NCBI GenBank assembly: GCA_034111325.1
Contig: JAWUXM010000016.1
Coordinates: 29,214-93,213, forward strand
Direction of reading: 5' to 3'
DNA length: 64,000 bases
DNA from: Rickettsiales bacterium
GTDB taxonomy: Bacteria > Pseudomonadota > Alphaproteobacteria > Rickettsiales > JABIRX01
Both the position numbers and the translations under genes were made by a program. Shown here in pieces: positions 28,235 through 39,304 of the stretch. The notes beneath the pieces are model-generated. The model searched no databases. It was not told the origin of the DNA and saw only the letters and a program-made list of their open reading frames with translations. Numbering within the stretch: position 1 is the first letter of the stretch; each line of letters opens with the position of its first letter.

Positions 28235-30442
28235 CTAAAATTTATTACTTCTTGGGAAATCAGAAGGCGCAGCAAGGCCGCGTGTTGCTCTGGTACCAAA
28301 CCATTTCTTCAGCATCGATTGATCCCAGAATTTACGTCCAGCTTTGAGGCCATCTTCTAATTTAAAACTTGTAAAATCTAGCAATTTACAACCGGCCTGT
28401 TTCTGCAATATAACACCTTTACCTTTTTTCATCACTGGGATTTGTGCCAAATCAAAAATCAGCAAACGCCTTGCGCCACTCAGTAATGCTATTTTATCAT
28501 CACCTTCTCTAATATGTTTGAGTCCAATTGCCTTATCATCCTTATTGAGCGCCAATATTTGTTTACCATTTTTTGTTTGGGCAATAATGTCGTCAGACTC
28601 AACAATAAATCCTTTCCCTAAAAGTGAAGCCATTAATAATTTCCGACCTTTCTCATAAATGAATAGATCAGCAATATTAGCACCTTGCTCAATATCCACG
28701 ATCAAATTCAATGGCTCGCCATCAGTTTTCCCGCGGGAAATCTTATGTGCATCTAATGTATAGAAACGTCCATTATCAGCAAATATAACTAATTTATCCG
28801 TGCTTTGCGCTTCGATAACAAATTTTTCCTTATCTCCTTCCTTATATTTAACTTTTCCTAAATCATACTTGTGACCCTTCACAGCACGTATCCAACCAAG
28901 TTTTGAACAAATAATTGTTAAAGGCTCTTTCGGAATAAAATCCATTTCCGAAACTTCCTTAATTACAAATTCATTATCTACTGTAGTTTGACGTTGATAA
29001 ATCCCCCCAGCCTTCTGCCCAAAGCGTCTTTTGACTTCTTTAAACTCAGCCGTCAAAACCTCTTTACGTCTTCCTTCTGAATCTAAAATTTCCTGCAACT
29101 CTTTACGTTCAGCTAATAACGCCTCTTGCTCTTCTTTGATTTTAATTTCCTCTAATTTACGTAAAGAACGCAAACGCATATTTAGAATCGCCTCAGCCTG
29201 AACATCACTAAGCTTCCATTTAGCTATCATAATCTTCTTCGGCTCATCCTCTTCACGGATAATCCTAATAACTTCATCAAGGTTTAAATAGGCAATTAAC
29301 AAACCACCAAGAATCTCTAAGCGTTCATCAATTTTACCAATGCGGAATGTACTTTTTCTAACTAAAACATTAAAGCGATGTGCAATAAAAGCGTTTAGCA
29401 CTTCACGCAAGTTCATCACATGTGGTACAGAATTTTTATCCAAAACATTAAGATTAAGACTATAACGTGTCTCCAATTCAGTTAATTTGAATAATTGCTC
29501 CATCAATGATTCTGCATCAGTTGCGCGGCTTCTAGGCTCAATTACTACACGAATTTCCTCTGCCGATTCATCCATGATATTAGCAAAATTCTGCACTTTT
29601 TTGGTACGCAACAAATCCGCCATTTTTTCTAACAACCGCGATTTCTGTACTTGGTAAGGAATTTCGGTAATAATTATTTGATATGCGCCCTGCTTAAGAT
29701 CTTCCTTATGCCATTTAGCACGAATTCTAAAAGAGCCTCGCCCCGCCGTATAATTTGCAATAATATTAGCTTTTGACTCAATAAGCACACCACCTGTTGG
29801 GAAATCTGGCGCTTGCACAAAATCCACTAATTTGGCTATACTAGCCTCAGGGTGTTTGAGCAAATGCAACAAAGCATCGGCTAACTCGCCAGCATTGTGC
29901 GGCGGGATAGAAGTCGCCATCCCCACGGCAATACCCTCGCTTCCATTAGCTAATAAATTAGGAAAAGCCGCAGGCAAAAGAGCAGGCTCACTATCGCCGT
30001 CGTCATAAGTCGGGCGAAAATCAACTGTATCAAACTCGATATCTTGCAATAAAGCCATCGCAACATCAGTCAAGCGAGCCTCTGTATAACGCATTGCAGC
30101 AGCATTATCGCCATCAACCGAACCAAAATTCCCCTGCCCTTCAACTAATGGGTAGCGTGCTGAGAATGATTGCGCCAAGCGTACCAACGCGTCATAAACC
30201 GCTATATCACCATGCGGGTGATATTTACCAATTACGTCACCAACTACTCTTGCACATTTCTTAAAACCTGAATTAGGCTCCAAGTGCAAACGTAACATCG
30301 CATATAAAATTCTCCTATGTACAGGCTTCAAACCATCACGCACATCAGGTAGTGACCGTGACATAATGGTAGAGAGTGCATAAGAAAAATAACGCTCTCC
30401 TAACGCTTTACTAAAATCTATATTGTGAATTTGCTCAGTCAT
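28235..30442 (-). CDS. parC: DNA topoisomerase IV subunit A
   Basis: [12 protein letters not shown], with the catalytic Tyr context [10 protein letters not shown]. The 735-aa size fits ParC better than GyrA. Confidence 0.88.
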   Translation of the reverse strand: MTEQIHNIDFSKALGERYFSYALSTIMSRSLPDVRDGLKPVHRRILYAMLRLHLEPNSGFKKCARVVGDVIGKYHPHGDIAVYDALVRLAQSFSARYPLVEGQGNFGSVDGDNAAAMRYTEARLTDVAMALLQDIEFDTVDFRPTYDDGDSEPALLPAAFPNLLANGSEGIAVGMATSIPPHNAGELADALLHLLKHPEASIAKLVDFVQAPDFPTGGVLIESKANIIANYTAGRGSFRIRAKWHKEDLKQGAYQIIITEIPYQVQKSRLLEKMADLLRTKKVQNFANIMDESAEEIRVVIEPRSRATDAESLMEQLFKLTELETRYSLNLNVLDKNSVPHVMNLREVLNAFIAHRFNVLVRKSTFRIGKIDERLEILGGLLIAYLNLDEVIRIIREEDEPKKIMIAKWKLSDVQAEAILNMRLRSLRKLEEIKIKEEQEALLAERKELQEILDSEGRRKEVLTAEFKEVKRRFGQKAGGIYQRQTTVDNEFVIKEVSEMDFIPKEPLTIICSKLGWIRAVKGHKYDLGKVKYKEGDKEKFVIEAQSTDKLVIFADNGRFYTLDAHKISRGKTDGEPLNLIVDIEQGANIADLFIYEKGRKLLMASLLGKGFIVESDDIIAQTKNGKQILALNKDDKAIGLKHIREGDDKIALLSGARRLLIFDLAQIPVMKKGKGVILQKQAGCKLLDFTSFKLEDGLKAGRKFWDQSMLKKWFGTRATRGLAAPSDFPRSNKF

Positions 30443-30523
30443 TTTTCTTTTTTATATTTCTCTTCTTACTATCATCACCTGAATTCTTGCCCATAATTTC
30501 AAACGCGATCTGTACCCCACCGT

Positions 30524-30633
30524 GTCATTACCCGAATTCCGTAGGAATTCTAGGGTAATCCAGGAGCAAAGGGCAAGATATTAATTTATGACTCTGGATT
30601 GCCCTAGAATTCCTACGGAATTCAGGCAATGAC
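30524..30633. repeat. Family-A palindromic MITE-like element copy A1 (110 bp)
   Basis: gtcattacccgaattccgtaggaattctagggtaatccagg...ctggattgccctagaattcctacggaattcaggcaatgac. The two arms are reverse complements of each other. Confidence 0.85.
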
Positions 30634-30704
30634 AAATCTTTTAACTTAAAACCATGCTCCTTTCTTGCGAATAAGATTTAGCGAGAAATAAAAGTAGATC
30701 TCAC

Positions 30705-31433
30705 TTATTTGCAAGCCCTTTTTAAATTATTAATTAATAAATCTCGACTAGTAGGTAATTTCTTATTTTTTGGTGCAAACCAATATTTATCCAAAAAATA
30801 ACCACTTAGATCTAGACCATCGACAATTTCTTGGTCATTAGCTGGTTGATCATTTGCTATAAGAAAATTAGGCAAATTAAGCAACTTGTCTGCATATGGC
30901 TGACCCGCCTCTCTACTAACCGCTCTACCACTTTTGGGAGAAACATAAATCAAATCAAATTTTGAATTCGTTGCCGCACAACAGCTCAAATCCAAACCAA
31001 AGCCAACGATATTTAACAACTCCATTTCAATTTTTATATAATCTGTAACCCAATCATCACCGCTTGATAATTTATGCAAGAAACCCTCTATATGAGTAAA
31101 AAACTCTGCATGAGGATCACGCTCCGGCAAAGCACCAACAACTAACTGCATAAGGCTTGAAAGCGCCATCATCCGATCATGCGAATTAATAACATTCGCA
31201 AAATGACTTTTAACTAATTCAGCACGAAAATTGCCAAGATGTTCCTCTAGCCTTGCTGACCAAGTAAAATCAATAATATTACCAATCTGATAAATTGGCA
31301 AATTCTTCTTACTTGCGCCGCCCCTAACCATACCTGCAAACACGCCTTTTTCTGCTGAGAAAAACCGTACGATTAGAGATGTTTCACTATATTTTGAGCT
31401 TGAAAGTATAATACCCCTCCCTTGCCATTGCAT
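30705..31433 (-). CDS. recO: DNA repair protein RecO
   Basis: N-terminus MQWQGRGIILSSSKYSETSLIVRFFSAEKGVFAGMVRGG (OB fold); 242 aa. Confidence 0.88.
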   Translation of the reverse strand: MQWQGRGIILSSSKYSETSLIVRFFSAEKGVFAGMVRGGASKKNLPIYQIGNIIDFTWSARLEEHLGNFRAELVKSHFANVINSHDRMMALSSLMQLVVGALPERDPHAEFFTHIEGFLHKLSSGDDWVTDYIKIEMELLNIVGFGLDLSCCAATNSKFDLIYVSPKSGRAVSREAGQPYADKLLNLPNFLIANDQPANDQEIVDGLDLSGYFLDKYWFAPKNKKLPTSRDLLINNLKRACK

Positions 31434-31488
31434 TTTGTTTAATAACCCTTATTTTTACAACATCATCAACAATGTAATAATTAAGTCA

Positions 31489-31641
31489 ATGGAGAAAGAA
31501 CAAAAAGATCCAAAAGCAAATCCTGAATTAGAACAAAAGAAACCTCAAGAAAAAGAAGGTGAATTTGGTGGTTTTGAAAACAAACCCGAACCAACCCGAC
31601 ATGGCGATTGGGAGGTTAATGGCAGAACCAGTGACTTTTAA
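31489..31641 (+). CDS. DUF1674 protein (SDHAF4-like succinate dehydrogenase assembly factor homologue)
   Basis: C-terminus EFGGFENKPEPTRHGDWEVNGRTSDF is the DUF1674 signature. ATG at 31489; the track start at 31435 is TTG. Confidence 0.75.
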   Translation: MEKEQKDPKANPELEQKKPQEKEGEFGGFENKPEPTRHGDWEVNGRTSDF

Positions 31642-32420
31642 TATAAAAACTGTTCACGGATGATTTTTTCATCGAGGGAGTTACCGCCATCAAAAAGTAG
31701 CGTGATGTGTTTTCTACGATTCTCAGAAATCTCAACTGCCACGACATTACGAACTTCATGAAAATCCGCCACAGCACTAACTGGACGTTTTGCTGATTCT
31801 AATATTTCAAATTTTATTTTGCTTTTGCTAGGCAATAGAGCACCACGCCAATGTCTAGGGCGGAATGGGCTAATTGGTGTTAAGGCAAGCAAGTTAGAAA
31901 TCGCTGGTAAAATTGGCCCGTGCACAGAGAAATTATAAGCAGAGCTGCCAGCAGGCGTTGCAACCAAAACTCCATCTGCCACTAACTCATGTAACTTCTC
32001 GACTTCATTAACTAAGATCCTGATTTTTGCGGATTGTTTTGTTTCCCTAAGCAACGAAACTTCATTTAGCGCCAAAGCTGTGTGACAATTCCCTTCCACA
32101 TCAATTGCACTCATTATTAACGGATGAATTTTTGTGCCCTCAGCAGAATTAATACGGTGCACAAGATCTTCCACATTATAACTATTAAGCAAAAAACCGA
32201 CCGTACCACAATTCATTCCATAGATCGGCACATTATCATCCATAAATCTATGCATTGAGCGAATCATAAAACCATCACCACCAAGGGCGATAACTACATC
32301 CACAGCTTCTTTGCTTTTTTCTATATCAATAAAATTTAGATATTCTGCTTTGATAGCTTTCAATGCCTTTTTGGCAGATTCTGAACTATCCGCAATAATT
32401 CCTATTTTTTTATATTGCAT
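31638..32420 (-). CDS. nadK: NAD kinase
   Basis: ALGGDGFMIR, NEVSL and DGVLVATPAGSSAYNFS; 260 aa. Confidence 0.92.
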   Translation of the reverse strand: MQYKKIGIIADSSESAKKALKAIKAEYLNFIDIEKSKEAVDVVIALGGDGFMIRSMHRFMDDNVPIYGMNCGTVGFLLNSYNVEDLVHRINSAEGTKIHPLIMSAIDVEGNCHTALALNEVSLLRETKQSAKIRILVNEVEKLHELVADGVLVATPAGSSAYNFSVHGPILPAISNLLALTPISPFRPRHWRGALLPSKSKIKFEILESAKRPVSAVADFHEVRNVVAVEISENRRKHITLLFDGGNSLDEKIIREQFLY

Positions 32421-32480
32421 ATTCCTACTGCCTGCGTTTTATTGTAATCCCGTAAAATAACTATATCTAGCACTAACGCA

Positions 32481-33419
32481 ATGGAAAAAAACGTAAAAAA
32501 CTTGATAATCGGCTCAGGCCCTGCTGGCTATTCAGCCGCAATCTATACTGCACGCGCAAACCTCAAACCTGTTATGGTCACAGGTTTACAAGCTGGCGGG
32601 CAATTAACCATCACCACCGAAGTTGAAAACTACCCAGGTTTTGCCGATGTAGTTCAAGGGCCTTGGCTTATGGAACAAATGTCTGCGCAGGCTGAGAAGG
32701 TTGGCACAGAAATCATCTATGACCACATTAAAGAAGTAGATTTTAGCAAACGCCCTTTCCGCTGCGTTGATGAATCTGACAATGTCTATATTGCTGAAAC
32801 CGTAATTATTGCAACTGGTGCGCAAGCAAAATGGCTTGGCTTAGAAAGCGAACAGGCTTTCCAAGGTTTTGGTGTTTCAGGCTGCGCAACTTGCGACGGC
32901 TTCTTTTTTAAAGATCAAGAAGTCTTGGTCGTTGGTGGCGGAAATACTGCCGTTGAGGAAGCATTATTCCTAACTAATCATGCAAGTAAAGTTACGTTGA
33001 TTCACCGCCGTGATAGTTTCAAGGCTGAGAAAATTCTCCAAGATCGTATCTTTAAAAACCCTAAAATTGAAGTCATTTGGGATAGCGCTTTAGAGGAAAT
33101 TATAGGTAAGGATGACCCAAAAGAAGTTACTGGCGCAAGAATTAAAAATGTCAAAAGCGGCGAAATTACTGAGCTAAAAGTAAGTGGCGTCTTTATCGCC
33201 ATTGGCCATGAGCCGAATACTGCTTTGTTTAAAGGACAAGTTGAGATGGATGAAACTGGCTATATCAATACCAAGCCAGATAGCACCCAAACAAATATTG
33301 AAGGTGTGTTTGCTGCTGGTGATGTGCAAGACCGCATATATCGCCAAGCAGTTACCGCTGCTGGAACTGGCTGCATGGCAGCTTTGGAGGCTGAGAAGTT
33401 TTTGGCAGAACATAATTAA
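32481..33419 (+). CDS. trxB: Thioredoxin reductase
   Basis: GSGPAGYSAAIY, redox-active CATCDG, and GGGNTAVEEA; 312 aa. Confidence 0.95.
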   Translation: MEKNVKNLIIGSGPAGYSAAIYTARANLKPVMVTGLQAGGQLTITTEVENYPGFADVVQGPWLMEQMSAQAEKVGTEIIYDHIKEVDFSKRPFRCVDESDNVYIAETVIIATGAQAKWLGLESEQAFQGFGVSGCATCDGFFFKDQEVLVVGGGNTAVEEALFLTNHASKVTLIHRRDSFKAEKILQDRIFKNPKIEVIWDSALEEIIGKDDPKEVTGARIKNVKSGEITELKVSGVFIAIGHEPNTALFKGQVEMDETGYINTKPDSTQTNIEGVFAAGDVQDRIYRQAVTAAGTGCMAALEAEKFLAEHN

Positions 33420-33491
33420 TATAATATACAATATTACATTATGAATTTCCTCTAGTAAGAAAAATTATTCTAGTCAAGCAACTACCCACAG

Positions 33492-33639
33492 AGTCATCCT
33501 GAATTTATTTCAGGATCTGCTGAGTGAGCCAATAATATAGTAGCTTAATTTTTATAGTAAGACATGGTATGAGTATCAATTATTTACTTCCATTTTCGTG
33601 GCTAAATTGTGCAGATCCTGAAATAAATTCAGGATGACT
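33492..33639. repeat. Family-C MITE-like element copy C2 (about 148 bp)
   Basis: agtcatcctgaatttatttcaggatctgc ... gcagatcctgaaataaattcaggatgact. The flanking ttttgcggtgcaaaa extension is shared with the copies at 28038 and 54066. Confidence 0.85.
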
Positions 33640-33729
33640 ACTTTTGCGGTGCAAAACCTCGCTTCAATATGCAAATAATGGCAATAGTTTAAAGACACCC
33701 TACGCTTTTCATATGCTAAATGTTAAATC

Positions 33730-34182
33730 TTGATCATGATTCATAACGAAACCGCTACATCGCAATTTACAGCAGAACAATTATTTGACTTAGTCCTGGA
33801 TGTTGAGAAATACCCTGAATTTCTACCTTGGTGTAGCAACGTAAAAATCACTGAGCGCAAATCGGCAAAAGAGTTTTATGCAGAGCTCACTGTGAATTTC
33901 AAAGCTTTCACCTATACGTACACCTCTTTAGTTAGCGGCGCAAAACAAAAAAATGGCTCCTATCTACTCGAAGTCGAGATGGTAAAAGGTCCATTTAAAC
34001 ATCTCTTTAATTCATGGAAATTTACTTCTAATAAAAAAAATACTCTAATTGATTTTACAATCGATATGGAGCTAAAGTCTCGTTTACTTAGCAAATTACT
34101 CGATGTAATATTTGAAATTGCATTTAAAAAGATGCTCAGCGCCTTTCAGAAAAGGGCGGAAGAAGTTTATAATGGATTTTAG
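33730..34182 (+). CDS. SRPBCC-fold protein (RatA / COQ10-like)
   Basis: FTAEQLFDLVLDVEKYPEFLPWC matches the polyketide_cyc2/COQ10 pattern; 150 aa. Confidence 0.75.
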   Translation: MIMIHNETATSQFTAEQLFDLVLDVEKYPEFLPWCSNVKITERKSAKEFYAELTVNFKAFTYTYTSLVSGAKQKNGSYLLEVEMVKGPFKHLFNSWKFTSNKKNTLIDFTIDMELKSRLLSKLLDVIFEIAFKKMLSAFQKRAEEVYNGF

Positions 34183-34227
34183 AGTCGTAATATTTTATAG
34201 TAAGCAATCAATTTATAATTTAAAAAA

Positions 34228-34794
34228 ATGACAAAACCAACCAGAGAAGAAGCAGAGCAAGCCGTTAAAACCCTAATCGCTTGGGCAGGTGATGATGTAA
34301 GTCGTGAAGGATTAAGCGAAACTCCTCAAAGAGTTGTTGAAAGCTATAAAGAATTATTCAGCGGTTATAACGTAAACCCTGCAGAGTTTCTTGTTAAGAC
34401 TTTTTCAGAAACCGAAAGCTATCGTGAAATGATTATCCTTAAAGATATTTCAGTAGAGTCCCATTGTGAACATCACATGTTGCCAATTATCGGCAAAGCA
34501 ACTATCGCCTATATTCCTAATGATCGAGTTGTGGGCATTAGTAAATTAGCACGCGTGGTGGATGCTTTTGCCAAACGCTTACAAATTCAAGAAAAGCTTA
34601 CGGCACAAATCGCCAATACAATTGACTCCGCACTAAAACCAAGGGGCGTTGCCGTCGTAATTGACGCTGAGCATCACTGCATGACAGTACGTGGGGTACA
34701 TAAAACAGGAGTAAAAATGCGCACATCGCATATTACTGGCTGCTTTGAAACCAACAGTAAAACTCGGCAAGAATTTTTTAATTTACTAAAGTAG
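34228..34794 (+). CDS. folE: GTP cyclohydrolase I
   Basis: ETPQRV, SHCEHHMLP and AEHHCMTVRG; 188 aa. Confidence 0.94.
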   Translation: MTKPTREEAEQAVKTLIAWAGDDVSREGLSETPQRVVESYKELFSGYNVNPAEFLVKTFSETESYREMIILKDISVESHCEHHMLPIIGKATIAYIPNDRVVGISKLARVVDAFAKRLQIQEKLTAQIANTIDSALKPRGVAVVIDAEHHCMTVRGVHKTGVKMRTSHITGCFETNSKTRQEFFNLLK

Positions 34795-34893
34795 AGTACT
34801 GCTTATTGTGCACTAATGATCCCTTCTCCACCAAGATGGGAGAAAATAGCAGGATTTCTATAAAATATAAAACCAAAAGAAGATTGATCGCAA

Positions 34894-36348
34894 ATGCTTA
34901 ACGTCCGCACAATATTATACGTAATCGGCATCTTGCTTTGCATATTATCGATAGCTATGATTCCGCCTTTATTGGTTGACTTCTTCAGTGATAATTATGA
35001 TTGGTATGCGTTCCTTACCTCTGTTTTCTATACAGCTTTTGTTGGGCTAAGTTTAGTCCTGACTAACCGTGGTAATAAAATTACCGATATTTCAGTAAAA
35101 GATACCTTCTTCTTAACAGGTTCTAGCTGGGTAGTTCTAACATTTTTCTCCTCCCTTCCCTTCGTCTTTTCTACTGTGAATATGACTTTCACCGATGCAT
35201 TTTTTGAAGCAATGTCAGGAATCACTACAACTGGCGCTACAGTTATGACAGACTTAGACCTCGCCCCACCCGGTGTTTTAGTATGGCGTGCTATGTTGCA
35301 ATGGATCGGCGGAATAGGAATTATCGTGGTTGCCCTAGCAATTTTACCAATGCTAAATATCGGTGGAATGCAATTATTCCGTACTGAATCATCAGATCGC
35401 TCTGATAAAGTCTTGCCACGCGCAAGACAATTAGCCTCTGCCCTAGCTATAATCTACCTTACCCTCACAACATTATGTGCCTATTTACTATACATAAATG
35501 GCATGACAGTTTTCGATGCAATATTACATTCCCTAACAACAGTTTCCACCGGCGGCTTCTCCACGCATGACCAATCAATTGCCTTTTTTGATAGTGTCCG
35601 CATTGAAACAGTCTTTACAGTTTTTGCGATTATCTGCTCGATTCCATTTACAATTTATATTAGGCTTTTTTATCACGGCAATTTCTCAGCAATCTTTAAA
35701 GATAGCCAAATCCGCTGGTTTTTAATGACTTTATTACTAGCGACAATGGCAGTTACTTTATGGCTTTACAACACACAAAATATGGCGTTTGCCCAAGCTT
35801 TCCGCTTCTCCTCTTTTAGTGTAATTTCTGTGATTACCACCTCAGGTTTTGCAATTACTGATTATAGCCTTTGGGGTAGTTTTGCTGTAGTAGTCATCTT
35901 CCTCATTAGTGTTATAGGCGGCTGTACTGGCTCTACTGCGGGTGGTATAAAAATATTCAGATTTCAGATTCTCTATGGCACAGCCAAGCATCAGCTTAGC
36001 CGATTACTGCAACCACACGGAGTATTTAAAGTTCAATATAACCAAAAACCTGTGGATGATTCCGTTGAGACTTCCGTCATGAGTTTTTTTATTTTATTTG
36101 CGTTTTGCTTTGTTATCACAACAGTCCTCCTTTCGGCAACTGGCCTAGATTACATCACTAGTATGAGCGCCTCCGCTTCTGCCTTAGCTAATGTTGGCCC
36201 TGGGCTAGGCAATGTCATTGGTCCCGTTGGCAATTATCAACCACTAACTGATAGTGCAAAATGGATTCTATCAGCTGCTATGCTAGTTGGTAGGTTGGAG
36301 CTTTTCACCATCCTTGTATTATTCACTAGTTATTTCTGGCGTGACTAA
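34894..36348 (+). CDS. trkH: Trk-type potassium uptake protein TrkH
   Basis: 484 aa, polytopic, with repeated M1-P-M2 units carrying GITTTGATV, VSTGGFS, ITTSGFA and TGSTAGGIK selectivity-filter-like motifs. Confidence 0.9.
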   Translation: MLNVRTILYVIGILLCILSIAMIPPLLVDFFSDNYDWYAFLTSVFYTAFVGLSLVLTNRGNKITDISVKDTFFLTGSSWVVLTFFSSLPFVFSTVNMTFTDAFFEAMSGITTTGATVMTDLDLAPPGVLVWRAMLQWIGGIGIIVVALAILPMLNIGGMQLFRTESSDRSDKVLPRARQLASALAIIYLTLTTLCAYLLYINGMTVFDAILHSLTTVSTGGFSTHDQSIAFFDSVRIETVFTVFAIICSIPFTIYIRLFYHGNFSAIFKDSQIRWFLMTLLLATMAVTLWLYNTQNMAFAQAFRFSSFSVISVITTSGFAITDYSLWGSFAVVVIFLISVIGGCTGSTAGGIKIFRFQILYGTAKHQLSRLLQPHGVFKVQYNQKPVDDSVETSVMSFFILFAFCFVITTVLLSATGLDYITSMSASASALANVGPGLGNVIGPVGNYQPLTDSAKWILSAAMLVGRLELFTILVLFTSYFWRD

Positions 36349-36386
36349 AATAAAAAATACCAAAAAATAAAAATATAAAATAACCC

Positions 36387-38114
36387 ATGCAAACTCTCAA
36401 ATACTCATTCATCTTTCTGCTCCTAACAATCAGTTCAAGTTTTGCGCTGGAAGGAAATTGGCAAGCAGCACCGCATTTAAAGTCACGTTTATTGATTACC
36501 GAAAGTAATGATACCCACATCTCTGGCGGGATAGAATTTACTATTGAAGATGGCTGGAAGATATACAATGACAAACCAGGCAAAAATGGCTTACCCACCG
36601 AGATCGATAATTTACGAAGCCAAAATATTACCAATCTCCAATTTACCTTCCCTAAAGCAAAGAAATTTGATGAAGGTCACAACATCATAACCTATGGCTA
36701 TAAAAAACATGTAATTTTACCTTTTACGGCTGAGCTAGTTGATAACCAAGCAAACTCACATGTAAATTTGCTAGCAAATTTGGCGATTTGCAAAGATATA
36801 TGCATCCCTGTTTCACAGAAATTTAGCACGGATGTTAAGCAAAGTTATCATAGCTCTGTATCGGAACGCTTAATAAAACCATTCCTGCCTAAGACAAATT
36901 ATCAAGTTATTTTACTAATGTTATCTTTTGCCTTTATTGGCGGTTTGATTTTAAATATCATGCCTTGCGTTTTGCCAGTTTTATCAATCAAATTACTCAA
37001 CATTATAAAGAAAGGAGGCGCTGATAAGAAAACAATTCGTCTAAGCTTCTTAGCCACTGCCAGCGGGATAATATCATCCTTTATGATCCTTGCGGCCTCT
37101 ATCGCAGCGCTTAAGCATTTCGGCAAAAATTTTGGCTGGGGGATTCATTTCCAAGAACCAATATTTTTGATTTTTCTAATTTTGATATTAGTAATTTTTG
37201 CCAGTAATTTATGGGGCTTTTTCCATATAAATTTACCCCATCAATTAAGTAATATTGGGAGCAAAAAACATAAGAACCCTTATGCAAATCACTTCTTTTC
37301 TGGCGTACTCGCAACCTTACTTTCAACGCCCTGCTCCGCACCTTTCTTAGGTTCTGCAACTGCCTTTGCCTTAGGCGGCAGCATTACGGATATTTTCTAT
37401 ATATTCTTCTTTATGGCGTTAGGCTTAGCCTCACCATATTTTGTCCTAATGGCTTTTCCGAATTTAATTAGCAAATTCCCTAAACCCGGCCAATGGATGA
37501 TCAATGTCAAAAAATTCATGGGGTTTTTATTATTACTCACTGCCCTATGGCTTATCTGGGTTGTCTCACATCAGTTAGGCTTCGCCTCTAGCCTTGCCTT
37601 AGTAATTATCGCCACCTTAATTTTTAAATTATTTGCTTGGGCTAATAAAATTAGATTCCTCAAAAAATACTCATTGATTCTCTTTCTAATTCTGAGTGTT
37701 GCTGCTTTCTATACACCACTTAAAATCGCCGAGATGCGGGTTGAAAAGTTAAAACTGTCCCAAGATCTATGGCAAAAATTTGAACCACAAAAAATCCAAC
37801 CGTTGGTGCAAACAGGAAAAACAGTGTTTGTTAATGTTACGGCCGATTGGTGCATTACTTGCAAAATAAATAAATTTTTTATTCTTAACAAAACCTCTGT
37901 TATCAATAGCTTGCGACAAGAAAATGTCATTGCGATGGAAGCTGACTATACTAATAAAAATGAAGAAATTTATCAATTCCTTATTAGTAATAATCGCTAC
38001 GGTATACCATTCTATATTATCTACGGGCCCAATGCGCCACAAGGTATAAAACTCCCTGAGGCTATTACTCCAGCTATGGTTATTAAAGCAATTAATGAGG
38101 CAAGCGGCAGATGA
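36387..38114 (+). CDS. dsbD: DsbD/ScsB-family thiol:disulfide interchange protein
   Basis: Signal peptide, an N-terminal periplasmic domain, and a TM core with MPCVLPVLS and TPCSAPFLG. The C-terminal thioredoxin fold carries WCITC. Confidence 0.85.
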   Translation: MQTLKYSFIFLLLTISSSFALEGNWQAAPHLKSRLLITESNDTHISGGIEFTIEDGWKIYNDKPGKNGLPTEIDNLRSQNITNLQFTFPKAKKFDEGHNIITYGYKKHVILPFTAELVDNQANSHVNLLANLAICKDICIPVSQKFSTDVKQSYHSSVSERLIKPFLPKTNYQVILLMLSFAFIGGLILNIMPCVLPVLSIKLLNIIKKGGADKKTIRLSFLATASGIISSFMILAASIAALKHFGKNFGWGIHFQEPIFLIFLILILVIFASNLWGFFHINLPHQLSNIGSKKHKNPYANHFFSGVLATLLSTPCSAPFLGSATAFALGGSITDIFYIFFFMALGLASPYFVLMAFPNLISKFPKPGQWMINVKKFMGFLLLLTALWLIWVVSHQLGFASSLALVIIATLIFKLFAWANKIRFLKKYSLILFLILSVAAFYTPLKIAEMRVEKLKLSQDLWQKFEPQKIQPLVQTGKTVFVNVTADWCITCKINKFFILNKTSVINSLRQENVIAMEADYTNKNEEIYQFLISNNRYGIPFYIIYGPNAPQGIKLPEAITPAMVIKAINEASGR

Positions 38115-38596
38115 TCTATAAAATAAAACCCATTGAAAATTCCATCCTCCTTGGCGCTTTATCTATACTCTTCCTCTCTAGCGCTTATATCATGCAATTT
38201 GGCTTTGATATGCAGCCCTGCATCTTATGTATATATCAGCGCATCCCCTATTTATTACTGATATTATTTTCTATTCTCGCCATGGCTTTGCGTCATAACG
38301 ATCGAATTGTAACTTTTTTCTTATCACTCTCTACCCTTATACTTTTTATCGGCAGCGCTATCGCTTTTTACCATGCTGGGGTTGAATATGGCTTCTTTGA
38401 GGGCTTAAGCAGCTGCGCAACTAAATCACCAATGGTTGATAATATTGAAAAATTAAAGAACTTTCTGCTCCAACAAAAAGCTATGGATTGTAGCAAACCA
38501 CAATTTGTTTTTCTCCTTTCCCTAGCAGGGTGGAACTTTATTATATCTTTATCGCTTGGTATTTTTACTTTAGTCACTATATTAAGAAGTAAATAA
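38111..38596 (+). CDS. dsbB: Disulfide bond formation protein B family
   Basis: 161 aa with 4 TM segments. CILCIYQRIPY is the first Cys pair; a second periplasmic Cys pair follows. There is a 4-nt ATGA overlap with dsbD. Confidence 0.8.
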   Translation: MIYKIKPIENSILLGALSILFLSSAYIMQFGFDMQPCILCIYQRIPYLLLILFSILAMALRHNDRIVTFFLSLSTLILFIGSAIAFYHAGVEYGFFEGLSSCATKSPMVDNIEKLKNFLLQQKAMDCSKPQFVFLLSLAGWNFIISLSLGIFTLVTILRSK

Positions 38597-38611
38597 TTAT
38601 TATAGTTTGCC

Positions 38612-39268
38612 GTGATGACGATCGTCAAAAATTTTATCATTAGGAAATCTGACCTACCAAAATATATACCTCTTTTACCACTTGATGATGTTATCCTCCT
38701 TCCTACAGCGGAGATCCCCGTTGAGATCAGTCAGCCAAATTACCTCAATATGGTTGACGATATATTCAAAACTAAACATCACTTAGTTGGCGTTACTATG
38801 CGAGATCACACATCCCCACAGCAAACTGCCTGTGTCGGGAAAATCGTATCATTTATTGAGTCTGAAAATGGAAAATATTTCATCGTGATACAAGGCATCA
38901 GCCGTTTTACTATCAGCAAAAAAATTAAAACCCGTAAAGGTTACGATAAAGCATTAGCCAATTGGTCAAACTTTACAAAAGATAATAAACTTTCCAAGCA
39001 AAAAATTAGTAACCGCCCGATGCTTGATAATATCGTGAAGGATTATTTGAGCTTAGTAAATAACGACATGCATATTGAATTCAGCAAAATCAAAAACATT
39101 CCTGATTCTAAATTAGTCTCTTTTCTCGGCTCCTATTTGCCTTTTCAGCACTCAGCCAAACAAAACATTCTAAACGCTGATAGCCTTGAAGAACGTTCTA
39201 ATGTTATTATGAATTTAATGGCTATCGAAGTAGCCAAAAAAGAAAGTGTGAATTTTCTGAAGAATTAA
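38612..39268 (+). CDS. LON substrate-binding (Lon N-terminal) domain protein
   Basis: LPLLPLDDVILLPTAEIPVEI matches the LON_substr_bdg pattern; 218 aa, no ATPase or protease domain. Confidence 0.75.
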   Translation: MMTIVKNFIIRKSDLPKYIPLLPLDDVILLPTAEIPVEISQPNYLNMVDDIFKTKHHLVGVTMRDHTSPQQTACVGKIVSFIESENGKYFIVIQGISRFTISKKIKTRKGYDKALANWSNFTKDNKLSKQKISNRPMLDNIVKDYLSLVNNDMHIEFSKIKNIPDSKLVSFLGSYLPFQHSAKQNILNADSLEERSNVIMNLMAIEVAKKESVNFLKN

Positions 39269-39304
39269 TATCAAACAGTTATTGATATTATTTATCAAAT
39301 CACT

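Noticed and set aside
33730-34182. RatA-type toxin of a toxin-antitoxin pair.
   Set aside because: The sequence fits the SRPBCC/COQ10-like lipid-binding fold. No small antitoxin-like partner gene is adjacent. The flanking DNA is a family-C repeat on one side and folE on the other.
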